Virus record (IMG/VR): IMGVR_UViG_3300025381_000007
Origin: a virus
Reading direction: 5' to 3' (one strand)
DNA length: 64,000 nt
In this document: positions 39,101 to 47,104 of the stretch, piece after piece
How the letters are laid out: each line of letters starts with the position of its first letter
How positions within the stretch are numbered: position 1 is the first letter of the stretch
Position numbers and translations under genes: made by a program
Notes under the pieces: model-generated
The model's database searches: none
What the model was told of the DNA's origin: nothing
What the model saw: the letters and a program-made list of their open reading frames with translations, nothing else

Positions 39101-40963
39101 ATTAGCAAAGGTGTTAACAAGATAAGATGCAACTTGTGCTTGTAAGAAAGGTTTATTAGCCAACATCAATGTACGAGCATTGAAAAATCCTGGATTTTGT
39201 TGACCAACTGTGGCATTCATACCAATGGCTAGATTTTCAGCAGCGGTATAAACCCATACTGCGCCTGTATCTGTAGCAGTATATGCATCGTACAATCTAG
39301 GATTAGATTTTGAACTCAGCAAGTTAGCGGTGGCCACTGTACCTGTAAAGTTAAGTGTAGATTGTAAACTTCCTGTATATTGTGTAGCAGCTGATCCAGC
39401 AGGGCCTGCATTAATAAAACCATTGATTGGCATATTTTCAATATAAACAGTGATGCTAGTTGTGTTAGCGGCCCATGTACCTGTACCCACGGCAACAGGA
39501 ACTTGTACAGTTTGGTCAGGAGTAAACAATGTACCGTCAACTAACCATGGTCCAGAAAGATTAGTACAGTTCTGAATATACGGCGAATGGAATAAATCGA
39601 TTTGTTTTCCTGGAGGGAACGCTGTACAATATGCACCTCGGTTTGTTCCGTTTATATAACCAGTACCTGGTAACAATCCGCTACGCCCATTTAAGAACTG
39701 CATGAATGCTAGATAGCAACCAGAGTTCATGTGGAACAAGTCTTGTGTCTTGTTGATAGGTTCGATACCTGTAGTACGAATATCTGAACCCATAACGCTA
39801 GTATATGGTTTCAGTTGAATAGGGTTATCTTCTAAATAATGCCCCGGAGCAACACGAATTTGTGTGCCTGGTTGATAATAAGGACTTTTAACAGCACCAC
39901 TAACTGTACGGCAAGCACGGCTTGGATCCATAGCACGACCGTCATTAGTGTCGTCACCGTCCATGGTTACATACAATACATTAGTAACAACCGGTGCAGT
40001 ACCAACAGGGTTATTACCGCGAACACGGATGTCACCAAATACATCCATAACGCCGCCACCGACGACATTACCGTTTTGATTCTTAGGAAGATTAATGCCG
40101 TTATTAGGACTTACAGAAATATTACCTGAGTTATTTCCTAAAAATTTTGTATAGATATTTTCTAAGTATGCTGTTGCCCAAGCAGTTCCAGTATCACCAA
40201 TAGAACTAGGTGCTACAGTTGCAGTAGAACCAGGCAATACATTGCCGCCGATATAAATGTCTTGACCAATACCAACACCACCGGTGACTGTAAATGCACC
40301 AGTAATAGTGCTTACTGAGTTAATAGTAGCAGCAATATGAGCTTGATCTGTTGTTAATAAACCAGCAGCAGGGTTATAAGTTAAACCAAGGCTTGAAGGA
40401 TAAATGCTGGCATTGTCGCCGTATAGTTGGGCTCCAGGTACAGTTAATCCTGTGGCGTCTGTAAAGGTAGGATAATAAATTTGATTATTATCAACAGGTT
40501 TAACAGTGATAAAAGAACTAGTAGAAGCTGTATTAGCATAGGCAACACGACCGTAAATATAGCCGCCGACTGCTAAATCTTGTTCGATGCCGACGCCGCC
40601 TTCAAAATATGCCTGAGCTTGTTGGCGTTCTCCAGTACTGCTATATAATGTAGGAACTCCGTTTAAATCAAGAGTCCCAGTTACTGCACCTACCGATAAT
40701 CCATACCCGTCAATTTTTTTATTATTTACAGGGTTAATACCATTTGCATAAGGGGCGCCGCCTGGATTATCAATTGCATTACCTGGGTTATTATCGTTAC
40801 TTTGAATGTAAGCATTACTTGCTTGCAAAGTTGGAGTTAAATTATTACTTACTAAAAAGTTTCCAGTTGCCTGAACATAAGAGGTTTCTAATGTGATAGC
40901 GGTAGAAGTAATAGCGTTATTACTACTTGGAGCCACCATTCTTGAACCGATTATTTTTGCCAT
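33188..40963 (-). CDS. Giant virion structural protein (2591 aa): beta-helix-like region plus nine CxRD helical repeats
   Basis: VLYVTMDGDDTNDG...RTV..A and PYIQNCT motifs; repeated C.RD.G.I.D.I..D..YGGN; C-terminal FTSTDQNGDFRIG. Confidence 0.8.
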   Translation of the reverse strand: MAKIIGSRMVAPSSNNAITSTAITLETSYVQATGNFLVSNNLTPTLQASNAYIQSNDNNPGNAIDNPGGAPYANGINPVNNKKIDGYGLSVGAVTGTLDLNGVPTLYSSTGERQQAQAYFEGGVGIEQDLAVGGYIYGRVAYANTASTSSFITVKPVDNNQIYYPTFTDATGLTVPGAQLYGDNASIYPSSLGLTYNPAAGLLTTDQAHIAATINSVSTITGAFTVTGGVGIGQDIYIGGNVLPGSTATVAPSSIGDTGTAWATAYLENIYTKFLGNNSGNISVSPNNGINLPKNQNGNVVGGGVMDVFGDIRVRGNNPVGTAPVVTNVLYVTMDGDDTNDGRAMDPSRACRTVSGAVKSPYYQPGTQIRVAPGHYLEDNPIQLKPYTSVMGSDIRTTGIEPINKTQDLFHMNSGCYLAFMQFLNGRSGLLPGTGYINGTNRGAYCTAFPPGKQIDLFHSPYIQNCTNLSGPWLVDGTLFTPDQTVQVPVAVGTGTWAANTTSITVYIENMPINGFINAGPAGSAATQYTGSLQSTLNFTGTVATANLLSSKSNPRLYDAYTATDTGAVWVYTAAENLAIGMNATVGQQNPGFFNARTLMLANKPFLQAQVASYLVNTFANGTFSYNSATCSRDVGLIVDAISMDMLYNSTSDSTFAGLQYWSQGGYTGQIARELTTTTAAINYLKSLVANTITNFSIGGTTATSITNGLFNTITTILGAGTPTDITNQVVPESLSTSNVFINAAYNAVQSARTTLQQEVYNYVVSPSGLNYSASNFTTATCYRDVGYIIDSVCFDMLHGGNLQSLKSGVYYYGYTTSTQVPSEITQVTAAYTFIQSIIPYIVTGQSVPKKYSNSTQVISGTPGTIAEANILQNNINVITDIIVNGPVASGPKTPQNLTLTNDTNAVNAWTLLHANRAFIQAEVIAFIAATMQTVSYDTSTIQLSYRDAGILVENIAYDAAYGGNQKAVESGNAYWNGPVSYIANSIPQCVAAINYLNDLIQDVIVNNTCTVLPPVVNIPNVPQVINTVLVDGGVAGTAISSLFNIVTDIIVQGPQAAPASYTSTGPDAAYVSAEILLQANRKFIQENTLNYINWNLVQPTGPSYLPYNKVKCQRDAGLIVDSIATDLLFPTAKYSQTTFAGLQYYNQGSYTGNIPNEITTTTAAIAYLQTIANKVITNTTATDDLLLGITRYSNATQITNIQPGTAAEVATVNTEFATILSILRGNVSGWTDLIVSNGGTASTLSSVQNTYALLQANIPYMQAEVLAYIESPAGLNYPSTSFNTSTCVRDIGYIINSISFDLLYGGNRQAIQSGLSYYSQNGSTVIPQETFATSQAFSFLGSVIGTLITNPSGYNPYQTKVLPVTSLPLADVTVANTVTTIVSTLTNIITNGPTGYEFTPVSLTVNPSQDFVNAYNIIEANRSFLVAETLAWIDYTYNSTSTFVFNTATCSRDTGLIVDAIGMDMLYASLSDSTFAGLQYWSQGSYTGNVGSEVSAIVSATNFLSSLVANTATTFGSPAIGTLVTGLFSTITNIISNGVVGITDQVKFGTTATTTATYVAAYNAIQAHRTSFQNSVMSYLYINYPTLSYTTATCFRDVGYMIDAVSFDLLHGGNIQSIKSGVYYWGYNNNTQLPAEVPETISAYNFIGNIVQNIVTGNTIANPYQSVVPQVVVGYTPATVIEAQQLKQKIAEITKIIVNGPSAAGPKTPQSLTPSYDANAQNAWALLHANRSFIIAEVLAYLAKTASITPFAYDQGYCYRDIGLMVDAVSQDVLLGGNQRSVEAGLSYWNQGYNYIANELTTTTQAISYISSIAQQIANNQPVAVITGTVAKQVINPFFQYGGNYMPQQAIARNFGIISTIINQGPDFAPPVYAGGGIFALTGTNGLDVKSSPTITSITPVATGTYILGLSTATIGAGNNATLYFGNTRVFPLQNSEVDALSLTQTGSTSTWDSRKVDSIGAMGGSLVDGSVVSDRSPIQSFVYDAFTQLTQGGVGVKVTNNGYAQLVSVFTIFASVGVQVDNGGIASIVNSNANFGDLCLVAKGYGSRAFSGTVYNPINRAYPFSPQEVYGANSLDQYYPEGYFPDSKGNIEVFVPDIDNRPHISLVMEVVPPSSYSSAYNSPELAANGVVIQGFLNAQPTTSTLITGTISLSGVDTTDVHIGNNVYVIDQFGFPYDKFPYKHDEFGNYISSTGTVLAIQNTGAPGFLTQNPPPVVNTNYGVLYCATGTTVVDINYNSITLSQALTSGASFPDNSSYFTIYFSGNAYYDVLTSNVANQPYVTGTNILSANTNPLFNGPTVSQIDAHAAAIRYLNTLTDYVINNTVYSPTYQNTVTQVTNSSFSGGSASQPFIDLRFGYLETIVTATNLNAALSVVPSSLITKTGTIPNGAGSAIDLINANLSFMTAEVVAYVNHFYASVYNGATMSHGQAQKCVRDVALILQQLIYDLETGGNYNMVYAGLSYWSRPGTYHIVEMEQAVTDPTLFPDGATVNFYQRSYISASGYVFEYVGAGTNYGALPQVGQADPIQARETVQLGGGKVFFTSTDQNGDFRIGPSLVISQATGVISGRTFVQSLFANMTPFILAIEAL

Positions 40964-40980
40964 TTCTTATTCCTTTAGAG

Positions 40981-40986
40981 TATTTA
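40981..40986 (-). promoter_or_regulatory. Putative late promoter core TAAATA
   Basis: 17 nt upstream of the 2591-aa gene, followed by an AAGGA ribosome-binding site. Confidence 0.55.
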
Positions 40987-40991
40987 TTACA

Positions 40992-41528
40992 TTAGCTGAT
41001 TTGAAGTGAAACAGCGTAGAGCACTGGAAATGTTTTATGAGGCCATGCAGGATGGCTTTTATATCTTAATGTTATACCGAAACTTGGATCTTGTATCATA
41101 TCAGAAGTTAGGTTGGTAACTTTCCATTTGGTAAGATCTCCCGAGTAAGTAGTTATTGGATATAACAAACTTTCATTTTGACTCACTGTTGTAATAAACG
41201 CTGGTTGTGCTTGATTTTCCCCGATTAACTCACCTTGATAGCAAAGTTGAATTGTATCATCTGCTATCCTACCACCACGATTCATTTCTACTGTAAGACT
41301 TATATCCGATATAGTGTCAGGAATAGAATCAAAATTAAATCCTGTCAACTGTACATACCAAGTATTATAAATTAAATCATATTTAGGACTTCTTGCTATA
41401 TGCAATAAAGGTTTTACTGTAGATATACTTGTTTTTCCTCTTGTAGTTAACAATGGAAGATTATTATCCCAAGCAATATCAACTTCTGAGTTGTCTGCAT
41501 ATTGTGTTACTACGGTTGGAGTGGTCAT
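40992..41528 (-). CDS. Hypothetical protein (178 aa from ATG 41528)
   Basis: The ORF-track start (41567) falls in a terminator tail; ATG 41528 follows a TAAATA motif (41533-41538) by 4 nt. Confidence 0.65.
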   Translation of the reverse strand: MTTPTVVTQYADNSEVDIAWDNNLPLLTTRGKTSISTVKPLLHIARSPKYDLIYNTWYVQLTGFNFDSIPDTISDISLTVEMNRGGRIADDTIQLCYQGELIGENQAQPAFITTVSQNESLLYPITTYSGDLTKWKVTNLTSDMIQDPSFGITLRYKSHPAWPHKTFPVLYAVSLQIS

Positions 41529-41565
41529 CCTGTATTTACCTGATTTGAATCTATGCGTAGTAAAC

Positions 41566-41592
41566 AAAAAAGGACTCCGAAGAGTCCTTTTT
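41566..41592 (-). terminator. Rho-independent terminator with C(UUCG)G loop
   Basis: Minus strand AAAAAGGACTC-TTCG-GAGTCCTTTTTT. Confidence 0.9.
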
Positions 41593-41608
41593 ATAAACTA
41601 ATAAAATA

Positions 41609-42538
41609 TTAGTAAGTTTGGATACCAACGCAAGCGCCGGCTTGAGTAGATACTGTACCACTAGCATTACCCCAACCTGCAACCCAACGCACTTCTGTTC
41701 CATTTGCAAATACAAAAGAACCATTTACAGTTTGACGAATAACACGAGCTTTACGGCTTGTTAACTTTGTAACAACATAAGTGCTACCATTAGCATCTTT
41801 AGCAATAATGTTCATTTGACCTGCAACTAAAGAAGCTGCTGCCGCTGTAGAAGTTGTTAACTTGCAGATAGCACGACCTTGATCGTTTTCAACTAGATAA
41901 CGATGGCTACCTTCTTGTTTTAGAATTGCCGCAGTTGTAGCTGATCCTCCTGGAATAAATGCTGTACAAGCAATATTACCTGTGTCATCTTCTTGAGCTG
42001 TTAGGCTAGCGGTAATAACTGCACCAGAACCGTTATCGCTAAATGTTAAGTTAGAAGAATTATTCCAAGTACCGTTGTTGTTTACTGTACTAGTAATGAT
42101 GTTACCGTTAATAGCAGTAACATAACCGTTAATACCAGTTATTGCACCAGAAATTAACATACCAATGCTGATACCAGCTGTGGTTGATACAGTGAATGTG
42201 TTAGTAGCAGTTACACCAGAGTTAACTGTACTTGTGACTGTTGCTGGTTTAACAATAGTAATAGTAGCTGTACTGTAACCGGCGCCGACATTAGTAGCAT
42301 TAATGCCTGTAATGCCACCTGCTGGGCTACCTGTTGGACTATTAATAGTCAATGCAAATGTTGCTTGTACTCCATCAGCAAGGCCTTCAGTCGGTGCTGA
42401 AACAGATACAGTAGTACCTTGTGAATAGTGTGTACCGTTCGAAGTAAGTGCTACAGCAACACCTTTATATTTTACTGCTACGCTGGCATCGGCAGCGCCT
42501 TGTTTTACAAAATATCTCTTTTTAATTGGACGTCCCAT
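41609..42538 (-). CDS. Putative capsid-associated structural protein (309 aa)
   Basis: Immediately downstream of the major capsid gene, with its own late promoter; beta-rich, Thr-rich; basic MGRPIKKRYF N-terminus. Confidence 0.65.
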   Translation of the reverse strand: MGRPIKKRYFVKQGAADASVAVKYKGVAVALTSNGTHYSQGTTVSVSAPTEGLADGVQATFALTINSPTGSPAGGITGINATNVGAGYSTATITIVKPATVTSTVNSGVTATNTFTVSTTAGISIGMLISGAITGINGYVTAINGNIITSTVNNNGTWNNSSNLTFSDNGSGAVITASLTAQEDDTGNIACTAFIPGGSATTAAILKQEGSHRYLVENDQGRAICKLTTSTAAAASLVAGQMNIIAKDANGSTYVVTKLTSRKARVIRQTVNGSFVFANGTEVRWVAGWGNASGTVSTQAGACVGIQTY

Positions 42539-42566
42539 TTTGTTTCTCCTTTATGTTTATATGACA

Positions 42567-42620
42567 GTTCTATTGCCTACGCGGTTGGGGTTCCGCATAA
42601 ACTCTCCGTTAAGAGCGAAC
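42567..42620 (-). promoter_or_regulatory. Structured 5' leader between a TAAATA motif (42625-42630) and the 309-aa gene
   Basis: Minus strand GTTC [GCTCT-TAACGG-AGAGT][TTATGCGG-AACCCCAA-CCGCGTAG] GCAATA GAAC forms two hairpins closed by an outer helix. Confidence 0.5.
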
Positions 42621-42632
42621 AGTATATTTAAT

Positions 42633-42657
42633 AAAAAACGCCCCGAAGGGCGTTTTT
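42633..42657 (-). terminator. Rho-independent terminator after the major capsid gene
   Basis: Minus strand AAAAACGCCC-TTCG-GGGCGTTTTTT. Confidence 0.92.
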
Positions 42658-42682
42658 AGTGAGGTTAAAAACCAATAAAATA

Positions 42683-43861
42683 TTATTGGAAGCTAACTGT
42701 AGAGCTGTTGATAGCAACTTTGCTCAAGTAGTCAGCAGCATTGCCTAAGCTAGATGCTGTGTTGTTCAACTCGACATAGCCGTAGCGTGTCAAGAAGCCA
42801 ACTACTGGTTCGAATGTTGCTGGATCTAGAACAACACCAGAGCTCATTAGAGGAATATAAGGGCAATAGAACGCAGCAGCATCTGCTTCGCTAGAACCTT
42901 TATAACCAATCATAACTTGGTTGCTGTCAGCGCCTGTGTCGCTCAAGTAAGCGTCAACATAAATCTTCATAGCGCCATTCAATGTACCAACAAACTTGGT
43001 GTTTGTAGGAGCTTCGAAAGTGCCTTCTGTTGTACGAGCAAAAGCGCTTGTAGTAGCAGATTGAAGAATTGTCAATGCTTGGTTAGAAACAACAGCCCAG
43101 TTACCTGCGCCGCGACGTGTACGTTGGGCGATCAAGTTGCTTGCGCGGTTGATCATAATAGCTAGAGCAGCGTGTTCGTCACCAACGAAAGTTGCTGTAC
43201 CGCTAACCAAAGATTGGTCATATGTATAGTCAACTGTAGCCAAGCCACGTAGGCTAGCTAGGATTTCTTGGTCGATTTCAGCTGTGATTTCTTGTGCTAG
43301 AGCAGCCATGATTTCTGCTTCGATGTCAATACCTTGTTGGGCTTGTGCATCTTGAGCAGCTTCAAAAGTCCAGCGAGCGCTTAGTTTACGAGACTTAGCT
43401 TCAACTGGAGCTTTCAAGATTTGAATGCTCATGCGGTTACCTGGTGTACCTTCAAGTGCGCTTGTTGCGGCTGCACCTGGATAGGTAGCATTGTTGTTAC
43501 CAGAATAGGCTTGAGCGATTTTGAATGGGCTCAATGCTTCTTCACCAGCTACAACTTCGTTAGAGCTATCAGCATAACGAACACGTAGTGTGTGGATTTG
43601 ACCAACTGGACCAGTCATTGGTTGAACGCCGATGATTTCGTTGGCAATAACTGTAGGCATAACACGACGGATAACAGGTAGAATAACACGGTTAAGTGTT
43701 GCTACGTTACCAGCACTAGTTGCACCAGCAGTTGCGCTTTCAGCCAAATACTTACGGGTGTTTTCTAAGCAAACTTGCATAGAAGAACGACGAGTACCTG
43801 ATAGGCCTTCAAGCAGAGCTTCTTTGGTCTCTGACCATCTTTCATTTAATAGTTGTGACAT
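42683..43861 (-). CDS. gp23: Major capsid protein (T4 gp23-like)
   Basis: LPVIRRVMPTVIANEIIGVQPMTGPVGQIHTLRVRY, VEAKSRKLSARWTFEAAQD, EITAEIDQEI, FYCPYIPL and TRYG are gp23-family motifs. Confidence 0.97.
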   Translation of the reverse strand: MSQLLNERWSETKEALLEGLSGTRRSSMQVCLENTRKYLAESATAGATSAGNVATLNRVILPVIRRVMPTVIANEIIGVQPMTGPVGQIHTLRVRYADSSNEVVAGEEALSPFKIAQAYSGNNNATYPGAAATSALEGTPGNRMSIQILKAPVEAKSRKLSARWTFEAAQDAQAQQGIDIEAEIMAALAQEITAEIDQEILASLRGLATVDYTYDQSLVSGTATFVGDEHAALAIMINRASNLIAQRTRRGAGNWAVVSNQALTILQSATTSAFARTTEGTFEAPTNTKFVGTLNGAMKIYVDAYLSDTGADSNQVMIGYKGSSEADAAAFYCPYIPLMSSGVVLDPATFEPVVGFLTRYGYVELNNTASSLGNAADYLSKVAINSSTVSFQ

Positions 43862-43886
43862 TTTATTTGTCTCCTTGAATTATAAA

Positions 43887-44984
43887 TTATTTGGATAGAC
43901 CCGCTAACTTGCGGATGTCCAAAATGTTATCTAAGCCTACCTCGGCTTTCATTTCACGATTTCCAGTAACAGGTGTAGCACTTTCACTTAAAACTGCTTT
44001 CTTAGGAGCGGCTTTACGTGTCTGTCCTTCCATTACTGCTGGTAGGTATTTGTCAAAAGATTCATTTAGTTTTTGTGTTGGAACGGATTCCAACAATTCT
44101 TTCATGATCTCTCTCTTATCGGCACCCAACGGGGCCAACAACTCGCCTAAAGCAGCTTTGCGTTCCATCAAATCTTTTGTAACGCGAAGATCGCGTTGTA
44201 CGGATTCGACCAAACTTGCTTTTTCTGCAACGGCTTGTTTTGCTTCAGCTAGTTCTTGTTCTTTCTTCTTGATGATCGTTAACAATTTACTTGTTTCAGA
44301 TTTCTCATTTAGAAAGGAACCAGCAAACTCTTGTGCAAATGCTTCATAGATCTTACGACCAAAGTCATTGTTACGAGCACTGTCAATATCTTCTTTCAAT
44401 TGTTTGATTTCAGATGTTAACTTTGTAGTAACAGTGGCTTCAACAACCTTACTAGCTTGTTGAATGAAACGTTGCTTGATTTCTCCAAACTTGCTTTTTG
44501 CTTCACGAACTAGCTTAACTTTAGTTTCAGCTAGATCTCGCTTGTCAGCAGCAAACTCGTTGATTTCTTTAGCTAGAGCGTGAACTACGAATTGCTCTAA
44601 CTTGTTGAAATTCTCAGAAACTTTTTTACGGTCTCCTTGGAACTCAACCAATTCTTTTCCTAGTTGATTGATGATAAAACTTTCTAACTTTTTAGCATCT
44701 TCAGCAATACGTTGTTTGTATTGTGCTTTTGCTTCAGCTAGGGCCTTTTTATCTTCATGCAATTCGGACATCTCAGCGGTTAGGCGATCACTTAACATCT
44801 TGTCGATTGCTTCTACCATAACTTGTTTGTCATGTGTATACTTTTGTGCAAACTCTTCACGAAGTTCAGCAGTCACTTGGTCGCGTGTTTCTTGTAGTTT
44901 AGTCGCAAGAGCAGTTTCGACAACTTGTTGTGTCTCTACTGTCATTACACCTGACTCTACTAATTGTTTGAATGCGTCCAACAT
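43887..44984 (-). CDS. gp22: Prohead core scaffolding protein (T4 gp22-like)
   Basis: 365-aa coiled-coil protein between the protease and major capsid genes. Confidence 0.8.
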   Translation of the reverse strand: MLDAFKQLVESGVMTVETQQVVETALATKLQETRDQVTAELREEFAQKYTHDKQVMVEAIDKMLSDRLTAEMSELHEDKKALAEAKAQYKQRIAEDAKKLESFIINQLGKELVEFQGDRKKVSENFNKLEQFVVHALAKEINEFAADKRDLAETKVKLVREAKSKFGEIKQRFIQQASKVVEATVTTKLTSEIKQLKEDIDSARNNDFGRKIYEAFAQEFAGSFLNEKSETSKLLTIIKKKEQELAEAKQAVAEKASLVESVQRDLRVTKDLMERKAALGELLAPLGADKREIMKELLESVPTQKLNESFDKYLPAVMEGQTRKAAPKKAVLSESATPVTGNREMKAEVGLDNILDIRKLAGLSK

Positions 44985-45000
44985 TTATTTCTCCTCGGGC

Positions 45001-45633
45001 TTATTTTAGACCTTTAATAATATTCAAGAGACTCTCTTGAAGATATTTCTGGGCCTTTGGATCTTCTTTTACTTCTTGTGCAACACGGAACGCTCTATTC
45101 CCGCCACGAGCATTCATTATATGCTCGTAAACTGGAGTAGGATACGCACCTGGAGCACTGGGTTGAGCAACTACATCTACGGTGATAATTTCGAAGTCGG
45201 ATACATGGCCGTTCATGTCGTTGACATTGCCACTACCACGAGAACTCACGCCAAGTTTTACACCTGCTTCGAGCATCGTACGAACTAGTTGTCCCATTGG
45301 CGTAGGTAAAATTTTCATCTTACCATAGCCATTTGGACCTTCCATCCACATCTGAGTAATCATATGGGATACACGGTCTAAATTTACTTTTAAGTCATCA
45401 GGATGGTCAACTTCACCTAACACACTATAACCGTTTTTAATTTGGTCGTTTAATGCGTTAACTGCACGTTCAATTTCATCTACTGGGTAGACACGTTGAT
45501 TTGCATTACGGATACCACCTTGGATAGCAATGCCTTTTAGGTAAAGACTTTTGCCATCCTTGTCGTCAGACTCCATAACAATAGAAGCCTGATCGAAACT
45601 TAGGTGTTCACGTAGATAAGAATATTTGCTCAT
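45001..45633 (-). CDS. gp21: Prohead core protease (T4 gp21-like)
   Basis: NANQRVYP, LGEVDHP, VSH, LGVSSRGSG and DVVAQPSAPGAY are gp21 motifs. Confidence 0.95.
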   Translation of the reverse strand: MSKYSYLREHLSFDQASIVMESDDKDGKSLYLKGIAIQGGIRNANQRVYPVDEIERAVNALNDQIKNGYSVLGEVDHPDDLKVNLDRVSHMITQMWMEGPNGYGKMKILPTPMGQLVRTMLEAGVKLGVSSRGSGNVNDMNGHVSDFEIITVDVVAQPSAPGAYPTPVYEHIMNARGGNRAFRVAQEVKEDPKAQKYLQESLLNIIKGLK

Positions 45634-45646
45634 CCTGTTTCTCTAA

Positions 45647-46663
45647 TTAAGCGTTGCGGTTAGGGGCGCCGTTGATAGGGCTCTTAACTTGGCCAACACT
45701 AGTTTGACCTGCTTTGTCACCTGTTCCAGAACCAACTGGTCCGGCTGCTTTGTTGTTACCTGGGTAACCGGCACCTTGTTTGCTTAGTGTTTTAACGCCA
45801 GACTTAACGCCATCAACGTTGTGCATACCCTTAGCAAACTTTTCACCCTTTTCTGGGTTGATACCTTTGTGTACTTTAGCAGGACTTGTGCCAGTATTGC
45901 TTTCGCCTTCTGTGTAATCTTGTGCTAGATTAGCAGCGGTTGCACCACTTTCTGGTTTACCTTTACCAGAACTTACTGCACTTTTGCCTTCGACTGGAGC
46001 ACTTTGTTTTTCACCAGTGCCAGCACCTAGGTATTGACCTTGAGATTTTTGTGTGTTTCCACTGTAATCGTGGCCAACTTTCTCAACATACTCACGTGTC
46101 ATACGACGACCTTCCATGAAGCCCATTCCTTCGTCTTCATCTTCTTCGTCGCCAAATTCTTCTTCACCTTCTTCGTCACCCATTTCGGCTTCTTCTTCAC
46201 CTTGGGCTTGTTCTAGTTCAGCAAAAGCGGCTTCAAGTTCAGCAATAGCGTTCTTGATGTCCATGATTGCGGAATCTTCTTGACCTTCATGACCGTGTTC
46301 GTCGTCAGCTGGAGCATCAAAGTTGTCGCCATCAGTGGAGATTTCACCACCAAAGTCGTCTGTTTCGTCACCAGTTTCGTCACTGTCCATCATGTAAGAA
46401 TCTTCTAATTCTTCATCACCTTCGTCCATTTCTTCTTCTTTGGACTCGTCCATTTCTTCTTCATCGTCCGCAGCACCTTCTTCTACAGATTCATCTGCTT
46501 CTTCGTCGGCTGCTTCGTCCATTTCTTCATCTTCTTCTTCAGCGATAAGGTTTTCATAGATATCGCGTGACTTCTCGACAACGATTTCGTGGAATAGAGC
46601 GTTAGCACCTTCCATGTCTTCGTTTACAAGTAAGTCTAGTAATTGTTCAAATTTTGTAGACAT
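45647..46663 (-). CDS. Highly acidic prohead core-like protein (338 aa)
   Basis: D/E-rich N-terminal half and G/K-rich C-terminal half; occupies the position of T4 genes 67/68 upstream of the protease. Confidence 0.7.
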   Translation of the reverse strand: MSTKFEQLLDLLVNEDMEGANALFHEIVVEKSRDIYENLIAEEEDEEMDEAADEEADESVEEGAADDEEEMDESKEEEMDEGDEELEDSYMMDSDETGDETDDFGGEISTDGDNFDAPADDEHGHEGQEDSAIMDIKNAIAELEAAFAELEQAQGEEEAEMGDEEGEEEFGDEEDEDEGMGFMEGRRMTREYVEKVGHDYSGNTQKSQGQYLGAGTGEKQSAPVEGKSAVSSGKGKPESGATAANLAQDYTEGESNTGTSPAKVHKGINPEKGEKFAKGMHNVDGVKSGVKTLSKQGAGYPGNNKAAGPVGSGTGDKAGQTSVGQVKSPINGAPNRNA

Positions 46664-46697
46664 GTTATTAATTTCTCCTATTAGGGTAGCGGCAAGG

Positions 46698-46729
46698 CTG
46701 TAGCAATATTTACACTACAGTAATATTAC
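46698..46729 (-). promoter_or_regulatory. Late promoter TAAATA (46707-46712) within an inverted repeat, next to a GTAATATTAC palindrome
   Basis: CTGTAG(46698-46703)...CTACAG(46715-46720) flank the motif; a second TAAATA lies at 46813-46818. Confidence 0.55.
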
Positions 46730-46847
46730 GTGCTGGAAATAGGCTGAAAACGAATCGTTTTGGCCTTAAAGTGACAGAGTTAGACTCTTTTTTGACTATT
46801 TTTTGTTAAAAATATTTAGTTTCTGTATCTAAGAGTTATATAGAGCG

Positions 46848-47096
46848 TTAAGTAGTACCAGCTTCTGGTGGAGGAGCGGCATACATTTTACGCACTAAAC
46901 CCATTTCTTCTCTATGTTCGCGAGTGTGTGCTTCGCTGGCTTTTCTAATGTCATTGATCATTTTTAAAGTCAAACGAGTCTTACGATAGTCGGTTCTTTT
47001 AAGGATGTTGTCAGTGTCGTTTTGGCTGACATAACGATCATCCTCTTTAGGACCGGCTTGGTCGCGATCAAAATAAATGAATTCTCTTAAAAACAT
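46848..47096 (-). CDS. Hypothetical protein (82 aa) in the head module
   Basis: Lies between the portal and the acidic protein; exact TATAAATA at 47102-47109 ends 5 nt before its ATG. Confidence 0.7.
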   Translation of the reverse strand: MFLREFIYFDRDQAGPKEDDRYVSQNDTDNILKRTDYRKTRLTLKMINDIRKASEAHTREHREEMGLVRKMYAAPPPEAGTT

Positions 47097-47104
47097 AGTG
47101 TTAT

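Noticed and set aside
11811-40963. Diversity-generating retroelement acting on fibre genes
   Set aside because: There is no reverse transcriptase in the window, and the repeat pairs differ at synonymous positions rather than specifically at adenines.
41529-41567. N-terminal extensions given by the ORF track (also 7292-7369, 11521-11541, 58454-58495)
   Set aside because: They run through terminators, promoters or neighbouring genes; internal ATGs fit promoter or coupling geometry better.
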